Source of the DNA: Candidatus Jorgensenbacteria bacterium RIFCSPLOWO2_01_FULL_45_25b
GTDB lineage: Bacteria; Patescibacteriota; Minisyncoccia; UBA6257; GWB1-50-10
Length of the DNA: 52,633 nt
Reading direction: 5' to 3'
NCBI GenBank assembly: GCA_001781035.1
Contig: MFKK01000034.1
Coordinates: 1-52,633 of the forward strand
Of this stretch, positions 9,271-17,966 are shown in pieces. The notes below the pieces were generated by a model. It did not search any database and was not told where the DNA came from. It worked only from the letters and a program-made list of their open reading frames with translations. The position numbers and the translations under genes were made by a program. Numbering within the stretch: the first letter of the stretch is position 1; each line of letters begins with the position of its first letter.

Positions 9271-9412
9271 CTCTCCAACGCTTCCCTACCGGGACCGCTC
9301 TTCGTCCGCTCCTGCGGCGGACGAGAGCTTAACTCTCAATGCTCGGACTCGCTTTCGCGAGACCAAGCTCCGAGCATTTCCGAGATATCCTGTACGGGAA
9401 GCGTTGAAGAGA
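9271..9412 (+). ncRNA. Candidate structured RNA, 'CCUACCGGGA...UCCUGUACGG' family (copy A)
   Basis: The outer stem pairs 'CUCUCCAACGCUUCCC' with 'GGGAAGCGUUGAAGAGAG'. An inner helix pairs CGGGA with UCCUG. Hairpin 1 is 'GCUCUUCGUCCGC..GCGGACGAGAGC'. The second arm pairs 'AUGCUCGGA' with 'UCCGAGCAU' and encloses 'CUCGC UUUC GCGAG ACCAAGC'. A U-rich tract follows. The RNA is antisense to the flanking genes. Confidence 0.5.
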
Positions 9413-9445
9413 GTTTCTTTATTTTTTTAATTTTCAAATCGAATT

Positions 9446-9982
9446 TTAAACGATTCCGATTTCTTCCAGAAACGCCTGATAATCTTTTAGCGTTTCTTTC
9501 GCGTCTTCATCGCTTATTTCAAATCCGGATGTGTTTACGATGTCATTTTTTGTTCTATGCGCCCGCCAGAGCCTTTCCAATGTTCTTACGTTTTCTTTGT
9601 CAATTTGTTCTATGCGGTCTGCCATGTGTTCCCCTTTTAATTCCAAGAGCTGGAGGATTTCGTCCGTGAACTCATCCGCCTGAATGATTGCTTGCAGAAG
9701 CGAATCCGGAGGAGAGCTTTCCGATTTTTTCATGAGCGTTTCCCATCGGTGTTTTAGAGCCTTATTATTTTCCCCTTCCGTTATTGTTTTTTTACCGGGC
9801 TTATAATCGTAGGTAAATTGAGACTTGTATTTCCATGCTTTTGGAAGCACGAATACAAAACCAGCAACAAGAAAAAAAGTGATGGAAAGAAACAGATATT
9901 TTATACCGTTGTAAACACTCCACCACGGTATTCCGAAGAAGGCTTCTTTGAATGTTTGTATGAAGAAGGATATGTAGCTCAT
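9446..9982 (-). CDS. Membrane-anchored hypothetical protein (one N-terminal TM, helical C-terminal domain)
   Basis: A hydrophobic segment 'IKYLFLSITFFLVAGFVFVLP' is present. The gene starts 6 nt after the upstream membrane-protein gene ends, which suggests translational linkage. Confidence 0.6.
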   Translation of the reverse strand: MSYISFFIQTFKEAFFGIPWWSVYNGIKYLFLSITFFLVAGFVFVLPKAWKYKSQFTYDYKPGKKTITEGENNKALKHRWETLMKKSESSPPDSLLQAIIQADEFTDEILQLLELKGEHMADRIEQIDKENVRTLERLWRAHRTKNDIVNTSGFEISDEDAKETLKDYQAFLEEIGIV

Positions 9983-9987
9983 GCTTT

Positions 9988-11385
9988 TTATTGATATTTC
10001 GCTATGTCTTCCTCATCTCCGAATATCGGAAGCCCGGATTGAGCCCCCGCTCTTCTTGATTCAACTCTTCGGAGGTGGGGCGCGGTCATAACGAGAATGG
10101 TTGGCGGATGAAAGAGAGAGGCAATCGCTTCGGTGTTTAAAATTGAAGTTTTCATCATGAAGTTCTGATTAAAAAAATGGGACGTGAGAAGCTTTCCCCA
10201 GAAGGTGTCTTTCGGCATCTCTCTTGTAAAGTAGTTCATTAGAAGGCGCTGTTTTCGGAATTGAACGCGTGTTTTTGGAAAGATATACGGGAATGCCCAG
10301 AGCTTTGCCCTGGTACTCATCGGTTCATTTAATATGAAGCCGTTTCTTCCCGCATCGCTGTACTGATTGAAGGCGCCGCGGATTCCCCTTCTCGCGTAGC
10401 TGTCGTAGAAGCCTTCCTGCGGGGCGATGTAGAGAAATCTTATGACGGTGTTAAAGGCGACCTTCCCGATATTATTCTCCATTTCCGTGAGCTTTTCCGT
10501 CTCTCCCGGAGAGCGAATGGAGATGCTTGTTTTCGCCTCTCCTTCCGGCGTAATAATCTGGCGCTTCGCGGTGTCTTCCTTGAACTTATCAATTATTTTT
10601 TGAGCGGGTTCCACCCAATCGGCGCTTGCCGGACAGATGAGAATTTGAACTCCCGCTATTTCGTTTTGTTTTATCTTCCCGAATACTTCAAGGAAATTTC
10701 CCATCGGGTCAACCCGCTTTTCTTCTCCCGGGTCGTCCAGAAAATGTTGATATGTTTTTATGGGGTAGACGGGATCTTTTTTTAATATCATGTCCGAGCC
10801 CCACATTTCATTTCCCGCCTCGTATATTTCCTTTGTGGTTTGAGGAAGGTGTTTCATGTAGTCTTCGCTTTTGACGAGTTCAATTTCTGGATAGTGGGCG
10901 AAGAAGGCCGCCTCCAGGAGTGTTTTCGCTTTTTCATATCCGCGGAAGTAAAAGTGTACCTCTCCCCCAAAGCTTATGATTTCCAAAGACATGTAGCGGG
11001 TTACCTCTCCGTCCCAGTAGATTTCTTTCGGATCGTCCGCCGTGTTTCGCAGGGAGTGAAGGCTCGCGAGCACCTGCTCCATCGCTTGCGGGCCTTTTTC
11101 GGTTTCTCGGGGAATGCGGATTTCATATACGATGTATTTTGTGTCGGCTTGAAAAATTTCTCTTCTCCAGAAGAGCCAGATGGAGAGGAAGTTTTTTATC
11201 ACAAACAAAAATAACCAGAACCACCAGGTTAGTTCAATGAATTTCATAAAGGCATTTTCAATTCCCAGTGGGAGAAAGAAAAAGATTCCCGCGAAACCCG
11301 CAATAAAGAGAATAATCCACACCTCCTCTTTTTTAAAAAGCTCTTCACCGGCATCCAGAATTATCTCTATCAGTTTTTTAAGCAT
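9988..11385 (-). CDS. Membrane protein (two N-terminal TM helices plus a large soluble domain), hypothetical
   Basis: Hydrophobic segments 'IILFIAGFAGIFFFLPLGI' and 'WWFWLFLFVIKNFLSIWLFW' are present. The coding frame is long and clean. I recognised no family motif. Confidence 0.6.
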   Translation of the reverse strand: MLKKLIEIILDAGEELFKKEEVWIILFIAGFAGIFFFLPLGIENAFMKFIELTWWFWLFLFVIKNFLSIWLFWRREIFQADTKYIVYEIRIPRETEKGPQAMEQVLASLHSLRNTADDPKEIYWDGEVTRYMSLEIISFGGEVHFYFRGYEKAKTLLEAAFFAHYPEIELVKSEDYMKHLPQTTKEIYEAGNEMWGSDMILKKDPVYPIKTYQHFLDDPGEEKRVDPMGNFLEVFGKIKQNEIAGVQILICPASADWVEPAQKIIDKFKEDTAKRQIITPEGEAKTSISIRSPGETEKLTEMENNIGKVAFNTVIRFLYIAPQEGFYDSYARRGIRGAFNQYSDAGRNGFILNEPMSTRAKLWAFPYIFPKTRVQFRKQRLLMNYFTREMPKDTFWGKLLTSHFFNQNFMMKTSILNTEAIASLFHPPTILVMTAPHLRRVESRRAGAQSGLPIFGDEEDIAKYQ

Positions 11386-11514
11386 TTGGTTTATTATACA
11401 TTACTTTTGACGCAGAATATAGAAATTTATATTAAGACTCAAGACTCAAGAAAAAAGACTCAGGAAACGAGAAATGGGGATATGGGAAATGAAGAAATAT
11501 GGAAAATTCTTGAT

Positions 11515-11548
11515 GCCTCAAAATTTAACGTACGTTAAATTTTGAGGC
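11515..11548. repeat. Perfect 34-bp palindrome
   Basis: The sequence 'gcctcaaaatttaacgt|acgttaaattttgaggc' has 17-bp arms and no loop. Confidence 0.8.
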
Positions 11549-11602
11549 AAGTGTTGAGCGAGCTTGAAATCATACTACTTGCTTCACGATTTGTTTTACG
11601 AC

Positions 11603-11630
11603 AAACCCCGACCACACGGTCGGGGTTTGT
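11603..11630 (-). terminator. Intrinsic terminator-like hairpin downstream of the HTH gene
   Basis: The GC-rich stem 'aaaccccgacc acac ggtcggggttt' is flanked by T/A runs on both sides. Confidence 0.6.
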
Positions 11631-11635
11631 TTGCT

Positions 11636-12652
11636 TTATGCTTCGCGGATGTCGTATTTTCCGGTTTCCAGCCTTCTGAAACGTTTTCTGTTTTGAAGAT
11701 TCAAGAGAATGGTGTTTTCCTTCAGGAAGCGTTTTTGATTTACCAGTTCAACCACTTCTTTTGAGTTCAGGGGGCCGTTTTCTTTTATGAGGTTTACGAT
11801 GACCTCGCGCACCGTTCCCGGAAGATAGCCGTATTCTTTGAGTCCATACATTCCCCTTCCGACCAGGACGAAGCGTTTGTCTTTGATTAGTTCGTTATGC
11901 ACCGTTTGCGTGTTTACCGGCTTCGCGCTGATTTTATTTTCGTGAATGAGCTTCGCGATTTGCTCAAAGTGGAGAGGCTTTCCATGTTTTTTAATCGCGA
12001 GATAGGCTTTGTCGCGCACGTTTTTCGGCTTGATTTCCGCCCATGTCATAAGCCCAAAATCTCCGAAGGCGTTTTTACCGAATTTTTTGGAGATTTGAAG
12101 GAGGCTTGAATTCGCGTATTCGTTTATTTTTTCCCTTAGTTCGGAATTTCCGAATATGCCTTCCCTTCCCGCTTCTTCAAAGAACGCTATCGCTTCTTTG
12201 ATGTAGTTCAACAGTTTTTCTTTTTCCTCCTTTCCGAGATGCCAGAAGCCCTTTGTGTCCGTTCCTTCTTTTTCGTAGAGAGGCTCTCCCGCCGCGAAAA
12301 AGAAAAATTGAATTTTGTTTTCAATGTTTTTTGCCGTGGGGTCAATGCCCAAAAGACGGGCAATGTTTCGCATGAAACCATACTCCTCTTCCACTCCCTC
12401 GCCTTCCCGAAGATAATTTTTCGCGATGTCCACAATTTCCCCAAAGCTTTTATTGATTTCTTTTTGAATTTTCAGAAGGCTCTGATTTTCAATCTGGCGA
12501 ACCCGCTCCCGAGTGATCGCCAAGACATCTCCAATTTCTTGGAGTGTTTCCTGTTTTCCCGCTAACCCATACCGTTTTACCATAATCCGTTTTTGTTTTG
12601 GGTTCAGGCTTTGGAGAATATTTTCTATCAGGTTTTCCAGGTTTATGACCAT
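11636..12652 (-). CDS. Sigma-70 region-4-like HTH protein with two HARE-HTH-like domains
   Basis: The N-terminus 'RYGL..ETLQEIGDVLAITRERVRQIENQSLLKI' is a region 4.2-type HTH. The C-terminus 'KPLHFEQIAKLI...DKRFVLVGRGMYGLKEYG' matches the RNA polymerase delta / HARE-HTH pattern. A second, weaker copy follows. Confidence 0.65.
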   Translation of the reverse strand: MVINLENLIENILQSLNPKQKRIMVKRYGLAGKQETLQEIGDVLAITRERVRQIENQSLLKIQKEINKSFGEIVDIAKNYLREGEGVEEEYGFMRNIARLLGIDPTAKNIENKIQFFFFAAGEPLYEKEGTDTKGFWHLGKEEKEKLLNYIKEAIAFFEEAGREGIFGNSELREKINEYANSSLLQISKKFGKNAFGDFGLMTWAEIKPKNVRDKAYLAIKKHGKPLHFEQIAKLIHENKISAKPVNTQTVHNELIKDKRFVLVGRGMYGLKEYGYLPGTVREVIVNLIKENGPLNSKEVVELVNQKRFLKENTILLNLQNRKRFRRLETGKYDIREA

Positions 12653-12700
12653 GTTTTATTTATACCATAAGTGTTAAAATAAGTCAAACCACTCTTGTTC

Positions 12701-13588
12701 CTATTTTTCTTTTGCTCTCCAGATATAGATAAGGGGGCTTGCCACGAATATGGAAGAGTAGGTTCCTATGATTGTGCCGACAAGAATGGTCAGGATGAAG
12801 TAATACAGCGTTGATGGCCCGAAGAAAAGAACGGCGAGCAGTATCAGAACAAGCGTCAGCGAGGTGTTGATTGACCTTACCATTGTTTCTTGAACGCTTT
12901 TGTTAATGATTGTTTCCATGTCGTCTTTTTTGTCTTTTGTCGCCAGGCGCTCTCTTATTCTATCAAAGACCACTATGGTGTCGTGTACCGAGAAGCCGAT
13001 GACTACCAAAAGCGCCACGATAAAATTCGTGTCTATTTCAATTCCCTTATACCATCCAAGAAAGGCGAGAAGCCCTGTCGGGATGCTTACATCGTGGAAG
13101 AGCGTAAGGAGCGTTACCACGCCATACTTCCATGATGTAATCGGATTTGAGACCTTCCTAAACGCCCAGGCGATGTAGAGAGAGATGCCGAGGAGAACCG
13201 CGATGATTGCCTGAATGGACTGCTTTCTTAGTTCCGTTCCGATTGTTGGTCCGATGTTTGAGAAGCTTACCTCCTCCGTTTCTCCGAATGTTTTTTTGAT
13301 TGTTTCAAGGTATGCCTGATGAGCCTCTTCTTTTATTTCGGGCAGACGGACGACAAATTCATTTTTCTCCCCTGTTTTTATGATCGGGTTTAGTTCCGGA
13401 TGATTTGCCCGCAGGACGGTTTTTATTTCTTCCGCGCTTACGCCTTTTTGAATCGTCAGACGCCATTCCGCGCCTCCCTTTAAATCTATTCCCTGTTTCA
13501 GGTCGAGCGTTGCCACAAGAATCCAGCTTACGAGGACGAGAATACTAGATGCTCCAAGAAAGATATGTTTATGTTTGATGAGATTCAT
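12701..13588 (-). CDS. secF: Protein translocase subunit SecF
   Basis: It has six-TM SecD/F-type topology, lies immediately downstream of secD, and carries a conserved 'DTIVVFDRIRE'-type segment. Confidence 0.85.
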   Translation of the reverse strand: MNLIKHKHIFLGASSILVLVSWILVATLDLKQGIDLKGGAEWRLTIQKGVSAEEIKTVLRANHPELNPIIKTGEKNEFVVRLPEIKEEAHQAYLETIKKTFGETEEVSFSNIGPTIGTELRKQSIQAIIAVLLGISLYIAWAFRKVSNPITSWKYGVVTLLTLFHDVSIPTGLLAFLGWYKGIEIDTNFIVALLVVIGFSVHDTIVVFDRIRERLATKDKKDDMETIINKSVQETMVRSINTSLTLVLILLAVLFFGPSTLYYFILTILVGTIIGTYSSIFVASPLIYIWRAKEK

Positions 13589-13604
13589 AATTAAAATTTC
13601 TAAT

Positions 13605-14891
13605 TTAGGATTTTTTTAGAAATATTCTTAGGAGAGCGCGGGTTATCGTGATTGCGGAAAACATGCTTATCAGAACGCCTATCAGAAGAGCGAGCGCGAA
13701 ACCTTTTACGAAGCTTGATGTGAAGTAATAGAGAGTAAGCGAGGTAATGATTGTTGAAATGTTGGAGTCGCGGATTGATGTCCATGCCCGTTTGAAACCC
13801 TCCTCAATCGCCGTTTCCCTTTCCCTTCCTTTTTTCAGTTCTTCTTTTGTCCGTTCAAAAACGAGGATGTTCGCGTCTACCGCCATACCGATTGAGAGAA
13901 TGAATCCCGCGATGCCGGAAAGAGTGAGAGTGATGGGAATGATTTTAAATATCCCAAGCGTGAGAGCAATATACATAAGAAGCGCTATAGAGGCAAAGAC
14001 ACCCATCTTTCGGTAGTATCCAATCATGAAAAGGATAACAAGGAGGGTTCCTATGCTTCCCGCGAGGAGTGCTTTTTGGAGAGAATCCTTTCCCAGTTCC
14101 GGGCTGATTGTTTGCTGATTTACGAGTGTTATGGGAGCAGGCAGGGCTCCGGCATTAAAGCGTTCAACAAAACCCTTCGCCTCTTTCACAGTGAAATTTC
14201 CCGTAATTTGAGCGTTTCCTCCCTCTATCTTTGTTTGCACGGTCGGCATTTGAAGGAGCTCGTTGTCCAAGAATATCGCGAGAGGCTTTCCGATGTTTCT
14301 TTCCGTTATTTCCGCGAAGAGTTTCCCTCCCTCGTTATTGAATTGGATGTTTACCACTCCTTCGCCGCTTATGTTATCCAGCGAAACTTGGGCTCCTTTT
14401 ACAAACCTGCCGTTTAACGCCGTTGGAAGAAAATCAATAGTTGTTGAGGCGGAATTTCCGATAAGCTCCATTTCCCCCTCTTCGCTTTTTTCTTTCGGCT
14501 TTTCAATCACTTCCCGAAATTCCAGGAAGGGAGTTTCGCCGATTTCTTGTATCGCCTGTTTAATGTCTTTTACTCCCGCGAGCTCAATCACGAGCCGGCT
14601 TCGTTCCCCGCTTTTTGTTATGAAGACGCGAGGCTCGCTTACCCCAAAAAGGTTTACGCGCCTTTCTATCACGTCCCGAAGGCCGTTTAAGACACTCTCC
14701 CTTTCCACGCCGTTTATCTGGCTTGTGTCTACCTCATAGATGAGATAGCTTCCTCCCGCGATGTCTAGCCCAAATGTCCACGGGCGGAAGGAGCTTATTT
14801 TTGACCAAAAAGGCTGATACGAAAAAACGCCGGCTATGAGAGATACGGCGATTGTTATTGCGAGGAGGGTTGTTTTCTTTTTTTCTTGCAT
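13605..14891 (-). CDS. secD: Protein translocase subunit SecD
   Basis: It has an N-terminal TM, a periplasmic domain 'GLDIAGGS', and a C-terminal SecD/F TM bundle 'VDANILVFERTKEE'. Confidence 0.85.
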   Translation of the reverse strand: MQEKKKTTLLAITIAVSLIAGVFSYQPFWSKISSFRPWTFGLDIAGGSYLIYEVDTSQINGVERESVLNGLRDVIERRVNLFGVSEPRVFITKSGERSRLVIELAGVKDIKQAIQEIGETPFLEFREVIEKPKEKSEEGEMELIGNSASTTIDFLPTALNGRFVKGAQVSLDNISGEGVVNIQFNNEGGKLFAEITERNIGKPLAIFLDNELLQMPTVQTKIEGGNAQITGNFTVKEAKGFVERFNAGALPAPITLVNQQTISPELGKDSLQKALLAGSIGTLLVILFMIGYYRKMGVFASIALLMYIALTLGIFKIIPITLTLSGIAGFILSIGMAVDANILVFERTKEELKKGRERETAIEEGFKRAWTSIRDSNISTIITSLTLYYFTSSFVKGFALALLIGVLISMFSAITITRALLRIFLKKS

Positions 14892-14973
14892 ACTCTTTTT
14901 ATTTGCTCTCGCTTGTTGCTTAGACGGCAGGAATACAACGTTCTTTATTCTACGCCATGTTATTTCAAAAAAT

Positions 14974-15200
14974 CAACCCCGTTAGAAAGTTTCGTATGAA
15001 AAAGGAGATTTGGTCTTGGTTTTTTGAAAAAAAACCCAGCGTAGTTTTCTCACTCATTCTCGCTCGTCCAGCGTCTCGCTCCGAGGTTTTGGTCGTTTTG
15101 CCCCGCCAAGGTGGGTACTATGCCCCCGCACAAATCCCTTCGGGATTCTGCAGGGCAGGCGAAAATGACCTCAAAATCCGTTCGGAAATCATGTTGGATT
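14974..15200 (+). ncRNA. Candidate structured RNA module X (copy 1), directly upstream of family copy B
   Basis: It shares 'CUCaCUCAUUCUCGCU', 'CCGAgG..', 'GGuCGUUUUGCCCCGCC' and a closing 'GGCGAAAAUGACC' with the reverse complement of 31961-32106. A G-U pair in the GGUCG/UGACC stem favours the plus strand. It begins with the box 'ACCCCGUUAG'. Confidence 0.35.
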
Positions 15201-15205
15201 TTATT

Positions 15206-15349
15206 CATCCCAAAGATAAGCTCCTACCAGGATCGCGGTTGGTTTGCTCCAGCGGCAAACCACCGCTGCCTCTCAACGGCGCGCCTCCTTTGGGAGACCA
15301 AGCGCGCGCCGCTTCCGAGAGCTCCTGTACGGAGCATATCTTTGGGATG
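15206..15349 (+). ncRNA. Candidate structured RNA, 'CCUACCGGGA...UCCUGUACGG' family (copy B)
   Basis: The outer stem pairs 'CAUCCCAAAGAUAAGCUCC' with 'GGAGCAUAUCUUUGGGAUG'; its sequence differs completely from copy A but still pairs. The inner helix is CAGGA/UCCUG. Hairpin 1 is 'GCGGUUGGUUUGC..GCAAACCACCGC' with a bulged U. The second arm pairs 'CGGCGCGC' with 'GCGCGCCG' and encloses 'CUCC UUUG GGAG ACCAAGC'. A U-rich tract follows. Confidence 0.5.
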
Positions 15350-15419
15350 TTTTGATTTCTCCAATTTTCTCTTTTGTGGTGTGAAAGAATATGTGAAGAT
15401 ATGATTATGTTTATTCTTT

Positions 15420-17966
15420 CTAACCGGGTTTATTTTTCATAACCTTGTCCCTAAAGAGGAATTTTCCCAGCTCAACTCCAAGAATATTAAATATGCCGAA
15501 GAGCAGGACTCCTCCCAGCCACGCGGGGGGCAGGGGCACGGTTCCCAGTGTGTTTTGGAGAGCGGGTATGTATATCGCGGATAGCATAAGTAAGATACCT
15601 GTTCCAACTCCCCCAGTCAGATATTTGTTGCTTAGGGGATTGTATGTGAAGATGCTTGTTTCCAATTTGCGAATAGAGAGCGCGAGAAGGAGCGTGTATA
15701 TTCCAAATGTCGCGAATATAAAGGTTCTTACCAAATTTTCGTCTATTCCTCTTCCTAAGAGGACAAGATACATAACGAGAAGGAGGGCGCTTGAAATTGT
15801 TCCTATAACACCTATTAGAAAGATTGTTTTCGCGTCAAATATATCCTTCACCGGTTTTGTTGTTTTTTTATCTCCTTCCTCAAACGCAAAAGCGATTGCC
15901 GGAAAACTATCCGAGAAAAAATTTACCCATAGAATTTGAAGCGCGTTTATCGGGAGGGCGATTCCCATGAGGAGAGAGCCTCCAATCAGGAAGAGTTCGT
16001 TTAATGAGTCGGAGAAAAGATAGATGATTGTTTTTTTGATGTTTTCCAGCATTCTTCTTCCTTCGTGGATAGCCGTTTGAATCGTCTCAAAGTTGTTATC
16101 AAGAAGAATGAGGTCGGAGGCTCCTTTTGCCACATCCGTGCCTGACCCCAAGGCGATTCCCACATCGGCTGTCTGAAGGGCGGGGGCGTCGTTTACTCCG
16201 TCTCCCGTCATCGCGACAACCTCTCCCTTTTTTTGCCACATCCGCGCGATTCTTACCTTATCTTCCGGAGTTATCCGCGCGAAAATTTTTACGTTTTTTA
16301 TACTTTCTGCTAGTTCTTTGTCGCTCATGGAAAGAAGCCTGCTTCCCGTTACAACTTCTTTTGATTCTTCATTTATTTCTATGCCGACTTCTTTCGCTAT
16401 CGCGATCGCGGTGCCCGCGTGGTCGCCCGTAGCTATCACGATTCGTATTCCGTTTTTGAGCGTTTGCTCTATTGTTTTTCTTACCTCTTTTCGGACGGAG
16501 TCTTTGCATACTAGAAGCCCGATAAATTTTTTATATTCTGTGACTCCGAGAACCCGCTCTCCGATTCTCGCGAGCGTATCGGTTTCTTTGATGATTTTTT
16601 CTTTTTCTTCTTTTCCTAAATTTGCCCTCTCGCTTATTATTTCGGGCGCTCCCACGTATATCCATCTTTCTTTTTTTCCCTTTTCCGCGATTAATGTTTC
16701 GCTGTATTTCTCCCGTGAATTGAAGGGATGATGGTCTATTACTTGAATTTCTTTTTCTGTTTCGGAGAAGAGAATTTCGTGTTCTTCCGCCGCTTTGATG
16801 ATCGCTTTTTCAAGCGGACTTTTGCTTTCCAGCCACCTCTCCTTCGCTATCCTCTCGGTTTTTACTGAAATATTCATTCCCGCGAGGGCAAGCTTCAGCA
16901 CATATTCTTTTTTCTCGTTTGTGATAATTTGGGTAAGTTTTAGGTTTGCTTCCGTCAGTGTTCCGGTTTTATCCGTTATGATAACCGTTGTTCTTCCCAG
17001 TGTTTCCGCCGCGAGGAGTTTTCGCACCACTCCTTTTTTCTTCGCGAGACGCTCCACTCCCACCGCGAGTATAACGGTTAGCGCGATTGGCAAACCTTCC
17101 GGCACCGCGGAAACTCCTATCGCGATGGAAACGATGAACATTTCAAGCATATTCTTGCCTTTCCACACCCCCAGAGCGAAGAGAATGCTTATGAAGGCAA
17201 GAAGCGCCAATGATGCCCGTAGCGCGAATGTTCTGATGGTTTTTTGGAGAGGAGTCTCTTTTTTTCTTTCTTGGGAGATGAGACTTGCTATTCTGCCGAG
17301 TTCGGTTTGGAAACCTGTGCTTACAACCACTCCTTCTCCGAATCCTTCCTCTACGTATGTTCCGGCAAAGACCATACTAGTTTGCTCTACTATGAGAGAT
17401 TTTTCGTTTACCGGTTTCGGGTTTTTTTCCACCGCGATAGATTCTCCCGTTAAAATAGATTCATTTACGAGGAGTTCGTTTACGACAAGGAGGCGGGCGT
17501 CTCCCGCTATTCGTTTTCCCGCGCGTAGAATGATGATATCTCCCGGCACAAGCTTTTCAGCGTCAATTTCTATTTCTTGATTTTCGCGAACAACTTCCGT
17601 CCGTTCTTTGACGTAGCTTTTTATGTTTTGAAGCGCTGTTTCCGCTTTGTGTTCCTGATAGAATCCAAGCGCGGAATTCACAATAACCGCTCCGAATATA
17701 AAGAGACCGCTTTTGAAATCACGAAGAATAAGGGCAATACTTCCTGAGCCTACTAGAATGAGAATAAGAGGGCTTTTAATCTGATTCCAGAGGATTTCCA
17801 GATGGTCTATTTCTGTTTTCTTTTCAATCGTGTTTTTTCCAAACACGCTTTGCCTCCGCTTTATTTCGTCTTCGCTTAACCCCTTCTCCCCGACTTCTAA
17901 AAGCCCCAGTGTTTTTTCCGGAGTGAGCGACCAGAAGGGATGTTTTATGGATTCTTTGGAAAGCAT
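15420..17966 (-). CDS. Cation-transporting P-type ATPase (P2-type, Ca2+/Mg2+-like)
   Basis: Motifs 'TGES', 'DKTGTLT' and 'TGDGVNDAPAL' are present, and the protein has about 10 TM segments. Confidence 0.9.
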   Translation of the reverse strand: MLSKESIKHPFWSLTPEKTLGLLEVGEKGLSEDEIKRRQSVFGKNTIEKKTEIDHLEILWNQIKSPLILILVGSGSIALILRDFKSGLFIFGAVIVNSALGFYQEHKAETALQNIKSYVKERTEVVRENQEIEIDAEKLVPGDIIILRAGKRIAGDARLLVVNELLVNESILTGESIAVEKNPKPVNEKSLIVEQTSMVFAGTYVEEGFGEGVVVSTGFQTELGRIASLISQERKKETPLQKTIRTFALRASLALLAFISILFALGVWKGKNMLEMFIVSIAIGVSAVPEGLPIALTVILAVGVERLAKKKGVVRKLLAAETLGRTTVIITDKTGTLTEANLKLTQIITNEKKEYVLKLALAGMNISVKTERIAKERWLESKSPLEKAIIKAAEEHEILFSETEKEIQVIDHHPFNSREKYSETLIAEKGKKERWIYVGAPEIISERANLGKEEKEKIIKETDTLARIGERVLGVTEYKKFIGLLVCKDSVRKEVRKTIEQTLKNGIRIVIATGDHAGTAIAIAKEVGIEINEESKEVVTGSRLLSMSDKELAESIKNVKIFARITPEDKVRIARMWQKKGEVVAMTGDGVNDAPALQTADVGIALGSGTDVAKGASDLILLDNNFETIQTAIHEGRRMLENIKKTIIYLFSDSLNELFLIGGSLLMGIALPINALQILWVNFFSDSFPAIAFAFEEGDKKTTKPVKDIFDAKTIFLIGVIGTISSALLLVMYLVLLGRGIDENLVRTFIFATFGIYTLLLALSIRKLETSIFTYNPLSNKYLTGGVGTGILLMLSAIYIPALQNTLGTVPLPPAWLGGVLLFGIFNILGVELGKFLFRDKVMKNKPG

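Noticed and set aside
9271-9412. The three-copy RNA family considered as a guanidine-I (ykkC) riboswitch or a twister ribozyme. It shares 'UCCGAGAG' with the former and 'CCAAGC' with the latter.
   Set aside because: The ykkC 3' domain (ACGR...GGGA...CCCGGGAGA) is absent. The topology around CCAAGC differs from twister. The RNAs lie antisense to the flanking genes rather than in a 5' leader.
15090-15110. The 'GTTTTGCCCCGCC' motif looks like a CRISPR repeat and is also present at 32010-32035 on the other strand.
   Set aside because: There are only two isolated copies, in opposite orientations. Each is embedded in a larger conserved stem structure, and there is no array.
16795-17580. Long antisense ORFs inside clear genes, for example 16795-17580 (261 aa) within the P-type ATPase, 14263-14739 within secD, 8166-8642 within the ATPase gene and 21186-21737 within holB.
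   Set aside because: The opposite strand carries unambiguous motif-bearing proteins. The antisense ORFs are Ser/Phe/Pro-rich shadows with no motifs.
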